Shown piece by piece: positions 14,503 through 23,752 of a stretch of 35,921 nt of DNA (positions are counted from its first letter, which is position 1; the number at the start of each line of letters is the position of its first letter). The notes under the pieces were generated by a model. It was not told the DNA's origin. It was given only the letters and a program-made list of their open reading frames with translations, and searched no databases. Origin of the DNA: a virus (taxonomy: Duplodnaviria > Caudoviricetes); IMG/VR virus record IMGVR_UViG_3300014656_000075, positions 1 to 35,921 of that record. The stretch is one strand, 5' to 3'. The translations under genes and the position numbers were made by a program.

Positions 14503-16565
14503 ATACCAGAAACATTGCCCAAGAGATAGACTCTATTAGGCAAATGTCTGCAGCTCAAAGATTAAGGTTTTCTCGCAAATGGTATAACAACAACTTTTTT
14601 GATGATGGCCACCACTTCAGGTACATATCAAGAGTTACTGATAGGATTATTGACACCTCTGATAAAGAGAGTCTCTTAAACCTAAAGCGAGTTATTCCCA
14701 AGGCTTCAAGACAAATTAGGGGTATGGCTAACTTGGTACTGAGTCAAGACTTTGTGCCAGTAGTTAAACCAGATAAAGTTCAACGCTACCAGTTTGCCGA
14801 AGGGCCGGAGGGTGATAAGGCATATCAAGCTGAGTGGAAACTAAAAAAACAGAACTCTAAACGAGTCGGTCATTGGATAGAACAAGAATGGGAACACCAA
14901 GATATGAAAGCTAAGCTAGTCCAAATGGCTATACTAACCCTAAAACATGGTATTTCTTATCTACAAGTATGGCCAGACGCAGTTGAAGAAGAGATCAAGA
15001 CTAAGGTTTATGACGCATTTGACATCTACCTAGAGGCTAACCACGATTCAATCTACGATTCACCATTTATTGGTAAAGCTATCCCTAAGACTATTAGAGA
15101 GATAAAGGCTAATGAGAATTTTGATCAAGACCAAGTTGAATTACTATCACCCGACAACAAGTACGCTTCAGACGAGGTTAAAGAGGCTTATCTAGCTTCA
15201 CGAATGGGAACACAAAAGAAACCTAGTGACGCAACCGCTTCCATCATCCTAAATGAGTTCTACTTTAAAGAGACATTAAACGAAAACAACATGTCTCGAA
15301 TTAAGGAACAAGATGATAGTAAGGATGTCTTAGAGGACAGGCAAAAGGGAGATAATGTCATTCGACAAGTATTCTCCGCTGGTGGGATTCAACTAAGAGA
15401 TAGATATGTGGCTCTACCAGACTACCCATTCGTAGACTTTAGGTGGGAGCCAGGACAGATATATCAAGTTCCTCCGATGGACAGGTTCATTAGCGCCAAT
15501 AAGGGTTTAGACTCTATTGTGGCTAGAGTTGAGTCATTCCTCCATACGATGAATGTTGGTGTATGGCAGAAGCGTAAAGGTGAGGATTTTAAAATTAGCA
15601 ATGTGGGCGGTGGACTGATAGCCGAATATACGATTACCCCAGCTCAACAGATGCCTCTTGCTTCACTTCCACCCGCAATCTTTGAATTTATTGGATTATT
15701 AAACTCATTCATTGAAGAGCAGGGTGTTAGTACATCAGCACTAGGCAAGATCCCATCAGGGGTTAAAGCTTGGCACGCCATCGAATCACTAAAACAAAGT
15801 GAGTACGCTAACCTATATGCTCCATTATTACAAATAAAGAATACCGTTAAGACAGTAAGTGAAAAGATGCTTGATATAGCGGCTGACCATTTTGTTACTC
15901 CAAGATCAGTTACTAGAATGGAAAGGGGAGAACCAGACTATTTTGATGTAGTTGGGCAAGTGGGTGTTACCGCTAGAAAGAAAATCAAAGAACCAATGCG
16001 AAACAGTGTTGTACCAATTAATAAGGATTATGAAGTTAAGATAGAGGTTCAGTCAGGATTAGCCTATACCGATGAGGGTAAGAAGGGAAGAATGATGGAA
16101 ATAGCTGAGTTTATGTTAAATATGGCTAAGGCCGAAATGATTGATCCGGCTGTGGTTAAGGAGTCGATTAAGAAAATGTTAGAGGTTTACCAATTCGGGC
16201 CAACAGAAGAAATGATGGACGCTATTGATCAACCAGGGCAAATGGATGAAACTACACTACAACAGATTAAAGTAGCTGTGGCCGAGGTCTTAAAGGATAT
16301 CGGTTACGAGCCTACTACCCAAGAGGATAGGATTGGTGAAGCGAAGGTCGCTATGGCAGAAACTATTAAAGATAGCGGTTTGGCTAATAAACAAGAACCA
16401 GTAGAAGAAAAGAAAGAACCATCTCAATCTATATCATTTAAGGATCTACCAGCTTCAGGTAAAGCTCAATTAGCCGCTAAAGCTGGAATACAATTAGACC
16501 CAAACGAAATACAAGCACAAGAAGATTTACAAGTTCAAAATAAAAATGCCTCTAAAACAGGGTAA
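14466..16565 (+). CDS. Portal protein (P22/podovirus-like size)
   Basis: 699 aa, helical, downstream of terL and upstream of scaffold/capsid; YPFV and G...SG...AI..L-type segments. Confidence 0.8.
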   Translation: MADKIKYDTSKVDTRNIAQEIDSIRQMSAAQRLRFSRKWYNNNFFDDGHHFRYISRVTDRIIDTSDKESLLNLKRVIPKASRQIRGMANLVLSQDFVPVVKPDKVQRYQFAEGPEGDKAYQAEWKLKKQNSKRVGHWIEQEWEHQDMKAKLVQMAILTLKHGISYLQVWPDAVEEEIKTKVYDAFDIYLEANHDSIYDSPFIGKAIPKTIREIKANENFDQDQVELLSPDNKYASDEVKEAYLASRMGTQKKPSDATASIILNEFYFKETLNENNMSRIKEQDDSKDVLEDRQKGDNVIRQVFSAGGIQLRDRYVALPDYPFVDFRWEPGQIYQVPPMDRFISANKGLDSIVARVESFLHTMNVGVWQKRKGEDFKISNVGGGLIAEYTITPAQQMPLASLPPAIFEFIGLLNSFIEEQGVSTSALGKIPSGVKAWHAIESLKQSEYANLYAPLLQIKNTVKTVSEKMLDIAADHFVTPRSVTRMERGEPDYFDVVGQVGVTARKKIKEPMRNSVVPINKDYEVKIEVQSGLAYTDEGKKGRMMEIAEFMLNMAKAEMIDPAVVKESIKKMLEVYQFGPTEEMMDAIDQPGQMDETTLQQIKVAVAEVLKDIGYEPTTQEDRIGEAKVAMAETIKDSGLANKQEPVEEKKEPSQSISFKDLPASGKAQLAAKAGIQLDPNEIQAQEDLQVQNKNASKTG

Positions 16566-16674
16566 AAGCAACACTGGCTATAACATAGCTGAATTGATGA
16601 AAGGTGGAAAACACCCCAAGGATCAAGCTATCGCCATCGCTTTAAGCATTTTAAAGAGGAAGAAAAAGAAATGA
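16546..16674 (+). CDS. Small basic phage protein, 42 aa (MPLKQGKS...QAIAIALS..KRKKKK; DUF6496-like)
   Basis: QAIAIALS motif; ATGA coupling to the next gene; absent from the track. Confidence 0.7.
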   Translation: MPLKQGKSNTGYNIAELMKGGKHPKDQAIAIALSILKRKKKK

Positions 16675-17105
16675 AAATAGCATTACATTGTAAAACTTGT
16701 GGTTGTTTTATTAGTAAAGATAAACAACACGTCTGTTCTGTTCCGTGGTTAAAAGGTAAGACTGTAAACAGGTCTAAATATCCAAATATGGGACATCTAA
16801 CAAAACAGAGTCAACAAGTTAAGGATAAGTGTGCTTTGACTTGGTTTGGTAAAAAACGACCTGAATTTTCTGGCGAGAATCACCCTCAATGGAAAGGAGA
16901 TGACGCTGGTTATGCCGCAATTCATAATTGGGTTAGAAGAAATTTTGATGGAGAAGATTTATGTGAATTTTGCGGATCAGAAAAGTCAAAGGTTTATGAT
17001 TGGGCTAATATATCAGGTAAATATAAAAGAAATAAATCGGATTGGCTAAGATTATGCCGTTCATGCCATATTAAATTTGACAAAGGGAGATATCTATATG
17101 AATAA
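16671..17105 (+). CDS. HNH-like homing endonuclease variant
   Basis: GENHPQWKGD..GY.AIH.WV, CEFCG...WANISG.Y.R...DW.RLCRSCH. Confidence 0.7.
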   Translation: MKIALHCKTCGCFISKDKQHVCSVPWLKGKTVNRSKYPNMGHLTKQSQQVKDKCALTWFGKKRPEFSGENHPQWKGDDAGYAAIHNWVRRNFDGEDLCEFCGSEKSKVYDWANISGKYKRNKSDWLRLCRSCHIKFDKGRYLYE

Positions 17106-17427
17106 AAAAATTGCACTTTTAGAATACCAATTTCTTTTTGATCCATCAGAAACATGGTCTAACCTGTATCAGTTTGAAGCTGATTTGGCAAAATTTTTCT
17201 TACAAAAAGGACTAGAGGCAAATGTAATTAAAACTGTTGACGGTTCAAACGGGAGAAGAATATTGCTTATAGAAAGAAAACCAATGATTGGAGAACCTAA
17301 GACTCCGCAAGGTAGACCCAAAACTCCACAGGGTATTTTAAAAGATATGAAGAAACACAATCCCAAGGCTCCAGAAAGAGACTTCGGTACTAGAAGATTA
17401 AATGTTAGTAAGTTAATTAAAAAATAA
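17098..17427 (+). CDS. Hypothetical protein
   Basis: ORF track (ATG 17098 with AGGGAG upstream preferred); PKTPQG duplicated. Confidence 0.7.
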   Translation: MNKKIALLEYQFLFDPSETWSNLYQFEADLAKFFLQKGLEANVIKTVDGSNGRRILLIERKPMIGEPKTPQGRPKTPQGILKDMKKHNPKAPERDFGTRRLNVSKLIKK

Positions 17428-18008
17428 TGGCAACAATAGTAGATTACTATAGCGAAAGTAACAAAAGTTCAGATGTCCATATTTCTAGTGTGTACAATAA
17501 CTTTGGGCAAAGTTTTACCGCCAATGGTGGAACTTTATCGTCTGTGGTTCTCTACTTAAAAAAAACAGGTTCTCCAACTGGAAATGCAAACATAAGGGTA
17601 TACGCCCATTCTGGGACGTATGGCACTAGCAGTGTTCCAACTGGGACTGGGCCTACAAATGGTGTACTTGCCACTTCAGACAACTATGATGTCTCTACCA
17701 TAAGTACGTCGTATGAATTGGTGACTTTTACATTTACTGGTGATAATAAAATATCCCTTACTGATGGTGTTAATTATTGTTTAGCCTTCAATGTTTCTTA
17801 CAGCGGTATTGACTATATAGATATAGGTATAGATGGAACGTCACCTTCTCATAGTGGAAATTACTTTTATTATGACGATGATTCTGCGTTTGCTTGGGTG
17901 GCTGATGATTCGATGGATATGTGTTTTTATGTCTACAAAGACAGCGATGTTTTAGATATTTCTTACGCTGGTGGAGAAGCTAGTGGTTTAGTAGTTACAC
18001 AAATATAA
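17427..18008 (+). CDS. Putative virion beta-sandwich (carbohydrate-binding-like) protein
   Basis: GQSFT...LSSVVLYLKKTGSPTG pattern; S/T/Y/D-rich beta composition. Confidence 0.55.
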   Translation: MATIVDYYSESNKSSDVHISSVYNNFGQSFTANGGTLSSVVLYLKKTGSPTGNANIRVYAHSGTYGTSSVPTGTGPTNGVLATSDNYDVSTISTSYELVTFTFTGDNKISLTDGVNYCLAFNVSYSGIDYIDIGIDGTSPSHSGNYFYYDDDSAFAWVADDSMDMCFYVYKDSDVLDISYAGGEASGLVVTQI

Positions 18009-20365
18009 TGGCACATATAAACACAAAACAAGATGAAAACCAAATATATACCATATCTGGTGTATCAGGAACTCTTGGAGCGACTTACGGGACATCTGAG
18101 GTTAGACCTATTACTGTCACCGAGGACGGTAAATTGAGAGTTGAAAGTGCTTCAACTCTATCGGTAGGGACTATTGCTGAGATTACAAACCTGGTAGGGG
18201 GGACAGTTAGCATTGACGGAACCGTACCTGTTTCAGGATCATTTGCTATTGGGACTATTGATATGATTTCTGCAGGAACAATAAGCACAGTTGGTAATTT
18301 GGCTGATGGTACGGTGGCCATTAAAGGTACAGTACCAGTAACAGGCTCTTTTGCCATAGGTACGATAGACATGTTGTCGGCGGGGACAATATCTAATATA
18401 GAAGATGGAACTGTCGCAATTAAGGGAACAGTACCCGTTACTGGTTCGTTTGCCATAGGTACGATAGATTCAGTTACAAACATAGCTGATGGAACGGTTG
18501 CTATTAAGGGAACAGTACCTGTAAGTGGGGCCTTTACCGTCGATACTCTTAATTCCGTTGGAACAGTTGGAGTGATAAATAATGGTTCTGTGGTAGTCAC
18601 GGCTGGAACAGTGGATGCTACGATGGTTTTAAATAATGGAACAGTAGATTTGCTTAAAGCCGGGACGATAACGGCAGTAAATAACTTGGTTACAGGCACA
18701 ATAGCTCAAGTAACATCGGTGGGTAACTTAGTTGGTGGTACTATTGGCATAATTACAGCTGGTACAATTACACCGTCAACAACTGTTAGGTCTATTAGTG
18801 CAGGTAGTGTGGTAGTAACTAACGGTACAATTGCCTCTGTTGGTACAGTTCCTGGAGTGGGAATTATTGGAAATATAAACTCTGGTAGTGTAGTGGTTAC
18901 AACTGGAACTGCAAAAGTTCAAGGAATGGCGGCATCATCTGACGTAGCAAGCGGTGGGCCAGTTCTAATTGGTGGGACAACCACAGGTGGGACAGTTTAT
19001 GCCAACTTAGTCGATACATCAGGTCATCAACAAATAGACGTTTTAACTATACCTAATATTCCAGGTGGAACAGTTGGATTAGTGAGTAATTTGGCTACTG
19101 GCACAATAGCCGCAGTTACCTCAGTAACCAATGTGGCAAATCTTGCTAAAGGAACGGTTACTTCAGTTGGCACCGTGGTAGGAATGGGAGTGGTAGGAAA
19201 TCTTAACGCAGGTACAATTACATCAATCGGAAATCTAGCATCTGGTACTTTAGCGGCAATTACCTCAGTTGGTAATATAGCAGACGGTACAGTAGCCATA
19301 AAGGGTACAGTTCCTGTTACAGGCAGCTTTGCTATCGGTACTATAGACATGCTTTCGGCCGGTACTATAACTTCTGTTGGAACAGTAATTGGTGTCGGCG
19401 GAACGGTAAGCTCTAATATTACAGGTGGAACAATGCAATTTTCTGGAACGCCAGATGTGAACATAGTCGGAGGGACGGTAACTACCACAATGGGAGATTT
19501 GAGTGGCGGGACTGTCGACCTTATATCGGCTATCGCCACAGGTACAATAGCTAATGTGGGTACAGTAGTTGGTGTTGGTGCTATTGGAAACTTAAATGCA
19601 GGGACTATTACTTCTGTTGCTTCGGTGGGAAATATCGCTGGCGGAACAATAGGCATAATAACTGCAGGTACGATAACGCCATCTACAACAGTAAGAACAA
19701 TATCAGCAGGATCAGTGGTAGTAACAAACGGAACCATTGCTTCAGTAGGCACTGTGCCAGGCGTGGGAGTAGTGGCTAACCTTGCTACTGGAACAATAGC
19801 GGCTGTAACTTCAGTGTCAAATCTTGTAAATGGAACAATTGCCGTAGTAAAGGCTGGAACTGTCACAAGTGTTGGTACGGTTGTTGGAATAGGGGCTATA
19901 GGTAATCTAAACGCAGGGACTATAACGTCAGTTGCCAATGTGGCTTCGGGTACTTTGGCCGCAGTTACATCAGTTGGGAACCTTGCTGGGGGGACAATAG
20001 GAATATTAACTAATGGTACAGTATCAGTTAAAAACGCTCCTACTAGCCAAGTTCTAACCGCCATGGCTTTAGCTTCGGGTACGGCAGCGGCAATAGGAAC
20101 TTTATCAGCCGCTTCAGGTGCAGGTACTTCACACTTTGTTTCGGGATTACAGGTTGTGGTTCATTCAGGAACGGTAGACTGTTGTGTTGGTTTTGGAACT
20201 GCCTTGGTCGGTGGTTCGGTTCTAGCCAGAGGAAATTTTGTGCCTAGTGCTGGTATTATGAGAGACTTTACCTTACCTGTTCAATCAGGGACTAATTCAG
20301 AAATAATATGGAGTTTGGGTGGAGCGGGAACTGCGTCAATAGCAGTTAATTATTGGAAGGGATAA
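18008..20365 (+). CDS. Gly-Thr repeat fibre/spike protein, 785 aa
   Basis: About 66 GT dipeptides; repeated modules such as DGTVAIKGTVPVTGSFAIGTID; non-repetitive N- and C-terminal domains. Confidence 0.75.
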   Translation: MAHINTKQDENQIYTISGVSGTLGATYGTSEVRPITVTEDGKLRVESASTLSVGTIAEITNLVGGTVSIDGTVPVSGSFAIGTIDMISAGTISTVGNLADGTVAIKGTVPVTGSFAIGTIDMLSAGTISNIEDGTVAIKGTVPVTGSFAIGTIDSVTNIADGTVAIKGTVPVSGAFTVDTLNSVGTVGVINNGSVVVTAGTVDATMVLNNGTVDLLKAGTITAVNNLVTGTIAQVTSVGNLVGGTIGIITAGTITPSTTVRSISAGSVVVTNGTIASVGTVPGVGIIGNINSGSVVVTTGTAKVQGMAASSDVASGGPVLIGGTTTGGTVYANLVDTSGHQQIDVLTIPNIPGGTVGLVSNLATGTIAAVTSVTNVANLAKGTVTSVGTVVGMGVVGNLNAGTITSIGNLASGTLAAITSVGNIADGTVAIKGTVPVTGSFAIGTIDMLSAGTITSVGTVIGVGGTVSSNITGGTMQFSGTPDVNIVGGTVTTTMGDLSGGTVDLISAIATGTIANVGTVVGVGAIGNLNAGTITSVASVGNIAGGTIGIITAGTITPSTTVRTISAGSVVVTNGTIASVGTVPGVGVVANLATGTIAAVTSVSNLVNGTIAVVKAGTVTSVGTVVGIGAIGNLNAGTITSVANVASGTLAAVTSVGNLAGGTIGILTNGTVSVKNAPTSQVLTAMALASGTAAAIGTLSAASGAGTSHFVSGLQVVVHSGTVDCCVGFGTALVGGSVLARGNFVPSAGIMRDFTLPVQSGTNSEIIWSLGGAGTASIAVNYWKG

Positions 20366-21052
20366 ATGGCAGCCACAGAACTTTATTCAACTCCCCTCTT
20401 TGACGATGCCGATTTGGTGGCATACTGGAGACTTGAAAACAATGCGGAAGACAGTAAAAACAGTTATGATGGGACTGCGAGCAATATTACATACGCCGCT
20501 GGAAAGTTTGGTACGGCAGCGGTTGGTAATGGCTCAAATGGATATATCACGATGGGGGTGCAGTCAGCACTTAATATAACTACTGGTAATGCTACTTGGA
20601 GTTTTTGGATGAGGTTTACTTCATTCGCTAACCAGCCAATGTGTTTCAGTAACGGCCTTTATAATACATACGGATATTTCTTTAGGGTACCATCAGCTGG
20701 ATTAGCTTATTTTAGGTCAAATCAAAGCGGTGCTCATCAAGATATACCAATAGAACATGCTCTGTCCGTCGATACTACTTATTTTATAACGATAACTAAG
20801 TCGGGGACTACAATAAATATTTATGTAAACGGAAGTTTAGACGGAACAGGAAGTATTACAAATCCAACTTCGTCAACAGAACCGTTCTATTTATTAAACT
20901 ATACCCCAACTGGATTGACTTTATCTCCTAGCGGCTGGATAGATGATTTTGCTGTTTTTAGTAGTGTCTTAACTACCACTGAGATATCTAATTTATATAA
21001 TGGTTGGCCGTCAGGATATTTACCAAGGATGAGTTTACTAGGAACAGGTTAA
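20366..21052 (+). CDS. LamG/concanavalin A-like lectin domain protein
   Basis: LVAYWRLE...D, GKFG.A, TWSFW, IYVNG, G.IDDFAVFS..LT..EI..LYN. Confidence 0.85.
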   Translation: MAATELYSTPLFDDADLVAYWRLENNAEDSKNSYDGTASNITYAAGKFGTAAVGNGSNGYITMGVQSALNITTGNATWSFWMRFTSFANQPMCFSNGLYNTYGYFFRVPSAGLAYFRSNQSGAHQDIPIEHALSVDTTYFITITKSGTTINIYVNGSLDGTGSITNPTSSTEPFYLLNYTPTGLTLSPSGWIDDFAVFSSVLTTTEISNLYNGWPSGYLPRMSLLGTG

Positions 21053-21099
21053 GTCGAAATCGTTTTACTCTTGTGTTATACATAAGTGATTATATATTG

Positions 21100-21116
21100 C
21101 GGCTCGCAAGAGACCG
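21100..21116 (+). promoter_or_regulatory. GNRA-capped hairpin with bulged A upstream of the scaffold RBS
   Basis: CGGCTC-GCAA-GAG-A-CCG, just before AAGGAG. Confidence 0.45.
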
Positions 21117-21130
21117 AATAAAGGAGAGAA

Positions 21131-21838
21131 ATGACAGACTTTTTTGAAGATAAAACCCCCGAATCCACCGAGGAAGCTGAAGTGGAAAAAATTAAAATTG
21201 GTGAAGAGGAATTTGACCCAGAAGAACTTAGCGGAATTATCGCCAAAGGTAGATGGGCAAATGAGGTAGAAACCAAGCAGAATACGAAGCTAGACAAATT
21301 AATGCCAGAATACACCAAGGCAACTCAACGATTAAAAGACTACGAAGAGAAAGAAAAGGTGTGGAATGAAGCCCAGGAAAAGAAATTATCCGAGACACCC
21401 CAAAACGAATTAAGCGAAGAAGAGTTAGTACGTCAAACTAAACTACAAGCCAAGAAATTTGGCCTGATTACAGTTGACGATATTGATCAATACGTTACCC
21501 AAAGAATTAACTCTGTCCAACAGGCCAATGAGTTACTAGAAGAGTGTAAAGGAATGGAAAAAGAGTATGGTGGTGAAGATGGTAGACCCAAGTTTGAAAC
21601 TGAAGAAATACTTAAACACATGCAAGAGACGGGCATCAAATCTCCTCTAAAAGCATGGAAAGATAAGTATGAGGAACAGATAGACAAGTGGAAAGAGGAT
21701 CAGCTTGGAAAAGCCAAGAAGTCAGGCTTGTACACAGAAACGGGGTCGAGTGGAAATCATGAGCCCTCACCTGTTAAATTAACAAAGAGCAACTTACAAG
21801 ATGCCTTGACAGAAGCTCTCAATACTCCAAGGGAGTAG
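21131..21838 (+). CDS. Capsid scaffolding protein
   Basis: Acidic, coiled-coil; EYTKATQRL motif; immediately before the capsid gene; strong SD. Confidence 0.8.
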   Translation: MTDFFEDKTPESTEEAEVEKIKIGEEEFDPEELSGIIAKGRWANEVETKQNTKLDKLMPEYTKATQRLKDYEEKEKVWNEAQEKKLSETPQNELSEEELVRQTKLQAKKFGLITVDDIDQYVTQRINSVQQANELLEECKGMEKEYGGEDGRPKFETEEILKHMQETGIKSPLKAWKDKYEEQIDKWKEDQLGKAKKSGLYTETGSSGNHEPSPVKLTKSNLQDALTEALNTPRE

Positions 21839-21888
21839 GGTTACTTTAGGTTATTAATTATTATTTTTTAAGGGAGGTGAATATTATT

Positions 21889-23145
21889 ATGGCTATTGCT
21901 TTATCAGATGTTTCTAATGCACTTCAAAAAGTGATCATGCCTTATATCAGAGACAATTTTCCAAAGCAGACCATCCTGTTAGATCAAGTTAAACGTAATG
22001 CTGGTGTTTCTTTCATGAATGACAATTTCTACGCTTCAGTGCGTTCCGGTCGTCATGGAGGCGTTGCTAACTTAGCATCAGACACCGCTAAACTTATCAC
22101 AGGAAAGGCTTCTATTGGACAAGCGTCCGTCCCAGTTAAAATTTTGACTGGTACATTTGATATTTCGGACTTAACCATTAAAGCTACCAAAACCGCTAAA
22201 GGAGCTGTCGAAAGTCAGCTTACTTGGCAAGCAGAATCATTGGTGAGTGATTACTCACGCAGTGTTAATCGTCAGTATTTTGGTGACGGTTCGGGTATTA
22301 TCGCTCAAGTTTCTTCTTCTGCAAATGCATCCGCTATTGTTGTTAAACTCCCCGACACTTCATGTGACGACGGAGCTGCGCTCAATAGATATGGTGCTAT
22401 CAATGGTGACATTACCCCAACTAAATATCTTGCCCCAGGGCAGATTTTAGCTGTTGGTACTGCTGGTGCTGCTAAGGGTACTGTAGGTTCCGTTTCTAAC
22501 GGAGTCGGTACAGCTCTTGGAACGGTTACTATGACCGCTGCACTCGCACACGCTGCCAATGACGCTATCGGCTTTGTCGATGGTTCTCTTGGTGGATTTG
22601 GTACAGCCGATATTTACGGTTTAGGTATGGCTTTGTCCGACGCTACCGCAAATTACGCTAATTTGGCAAGAACGACTGTTGGTTGGTCTCCTGTTACAGG
22701 AACAACTAATGTTGCTCTAACCCTATCTCAAATGGAAGATTCTTATCTTTCCGCTAGAGAATACGGTGCTATGAGTGACAAGTATGCTATTTTCATGAAC
22801 AAAACTCTTTACAAAAAGTACGGTGATTTACTTACCGCACAAAGGAGAAGCGTTAATGAATCTGACTTACTCGGTGGATGGACTGGGCTTGAGTTTGCTG
22901 CTGGTGCTGGTAAAGTTGGTGTATTCTTAGATTACGATGTACCGGATGGTGAAGTTTTGATTGTCAATTTGGACACTCTCACAATTTGTGAGGCTGCTCC
23001 TATGGATTGGCTTTCTAACCCCGCTTCTGGTTCTCTCGTTAGAACTACAGATTACCTAACTTATCAGTCAACAATGGCATGGTACACAAATCTTTTGTGT
23101 CTATGTCCTGCGGCTAATGCTCGTCTTATGCAGAAAACTGCATAA
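21889..23145 (+). CDS. Major capsid protein (start MAIALS at 21889)
   Basis: Follows scaffold; GGGAGGTGA SD; about 418 aa; GCT/GGT-rich codon usage; central A/G/T-rich insertion. Confidence 0.85.
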   Translation: MAIALSDVSNALQKVIMPYIRDNFPKQTILLDQVKRNAGVSFMNDNFYASVRSGRHGGVANLASDTAKLITGKASIGQASVPVKILTGTFDISDLTIKATKTAKGAVESQLTWQAESLVSDYSRSVNRQYFGDGSGIIAQVSSSANASAIVVKLPDTSCDDGAALNRYGAINGDITPTKYLAPGQILAVGTAGAAKGTVGSVSNGVGTALGTVTMTAALAHAANDAIGFVDGSLGGFGTADIYGLGMALSDATANYANLARTTVGWSPVTGTTNVALTLSQMEDSYLSAREYGAMSDKYAIFMNKTLYKKYGDLLTAQRRSVNESDLLGGWTGLEFAAGAGKVGVFLDYDVPDGEVLIVNLDTLTICEAAPMDWLSNPASGSLVRTTDYLTYQSTMAWYTNLLCLCPAANARLMQKTA

Positions 23146-23236
23146 CTAAGTTTTGGTTGCTGTTTACTTAGTGGTGAAAAAACAGCAACATGAGGGGAGA
23201 GGCACAGGGGTAAGTTCAACTCTTACCCCCCTCGCT
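23145..23236 (+). ncRNA. Structured intergenic RNA: pseudoknot-compatible pairings followed by a tRNA-like acceptor/T-arm element
   Basis: ACTAAGT/ACTTAGT and GTTGCTGTTT/AAACAGCAAC interleaved; GAGGGG...GTAAG-TTCAACT-CTTAC-CCCCCTC. Confidence 0.45.
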
Positions 23237-23647
23237 ATGATAGATAAATCAGATTACAAGTATGTAGTCGAAACTCCCGATGCAGATTTTTCCCCTAAGC
23301 GGAATAAAATGATCATCGAGAATACAATCAGAAAATATGATGAAACACGTAAGAGAAGAATGAAAGATTTTAGAGAGGGGATAGGGGAACGTTCAGAAGC
23401 CATTGCTTCCTTTTTAAAGCACATTGACCAGACTGGAAAGAACAAACTAGACGGCTATTTTACCCCCCAAATGTTAGCTCATTTGAGAGGGGCTGAAATA
23501 ATTGATAAGTTAAGGGAAAAAAGATTTGTAACCAAACAGCCGTTCTATACAATAGGTGGAGTGGTTAAAAATACTGAGGGTGTTATAGTAGGTAAGGAGA
23601 TATCAAATGCCACGAAGAAACTGCAACGCAAGAAGAAATTGGGTTAA
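23237..23647 (+). CDS. Hypothetical protein (likely start MIDKSDY at 23237)
   Basis: The ORF-track TTG extension lies in the structured intergenic region. Confidence 0.7.
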   Translation: MIDKSDYKYVVETPDADFSPKRNKMIIENTIRKYDETRKRRMKDFREGIGERSEAIASFLKHIDQTGKNKLDGYFTPQMLAHLRGAEIIDKLREKRFVTKQPFYTIGGVVKNTEGVIVGKEISNATKKLQRKKKLG

Positions 23648-23750
23648 ACAGTATTCTTATACTGACATTTGTAAGAAGTTGGGGATAAAACCTCGACAAC
23701 GAATAATTCTCCGCCGTTATTTAGTTAAAAAATCAGGAGGTGAGAATTAA
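23607..23750 (+). CDS. Small basic protein, 47 aa (MPRRNCNARRNWVKQ...)
   Basis: AAGGAG SD at 23594-23599; ends 2 nt before the next ATG. Confidence 0.5.
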   Translation: MPRRNCNARRNWVKQYSYTDICKKLGIKPRQRIILRRYLVKKSGGEN

Positions 23751-23752
23751 TC

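Noticed and set aside
18085-20064. Long antisense ORFs (204 and 345 aa) opposite the repeat fibre
   Set aside because: Shadow frames caused by Gly/Thr/Val/Ala codon repeats. The same applies to 7771..8352, 27081..27389, 28045..28413, 35352..35783 and other antisense or nested ORFs.
23120-23200. Programmed frameshift or readthrough extending the capsid protein
   Set aside because: No slippery heptamer; the +1 frame stops at 23147, the -1 frame near 23169, and readthrough ends after 15 codons.
23192-23237. Functional tRNA gene
   Set aside because: Only about 45 nt; no D or anticodon arm and no CCA.
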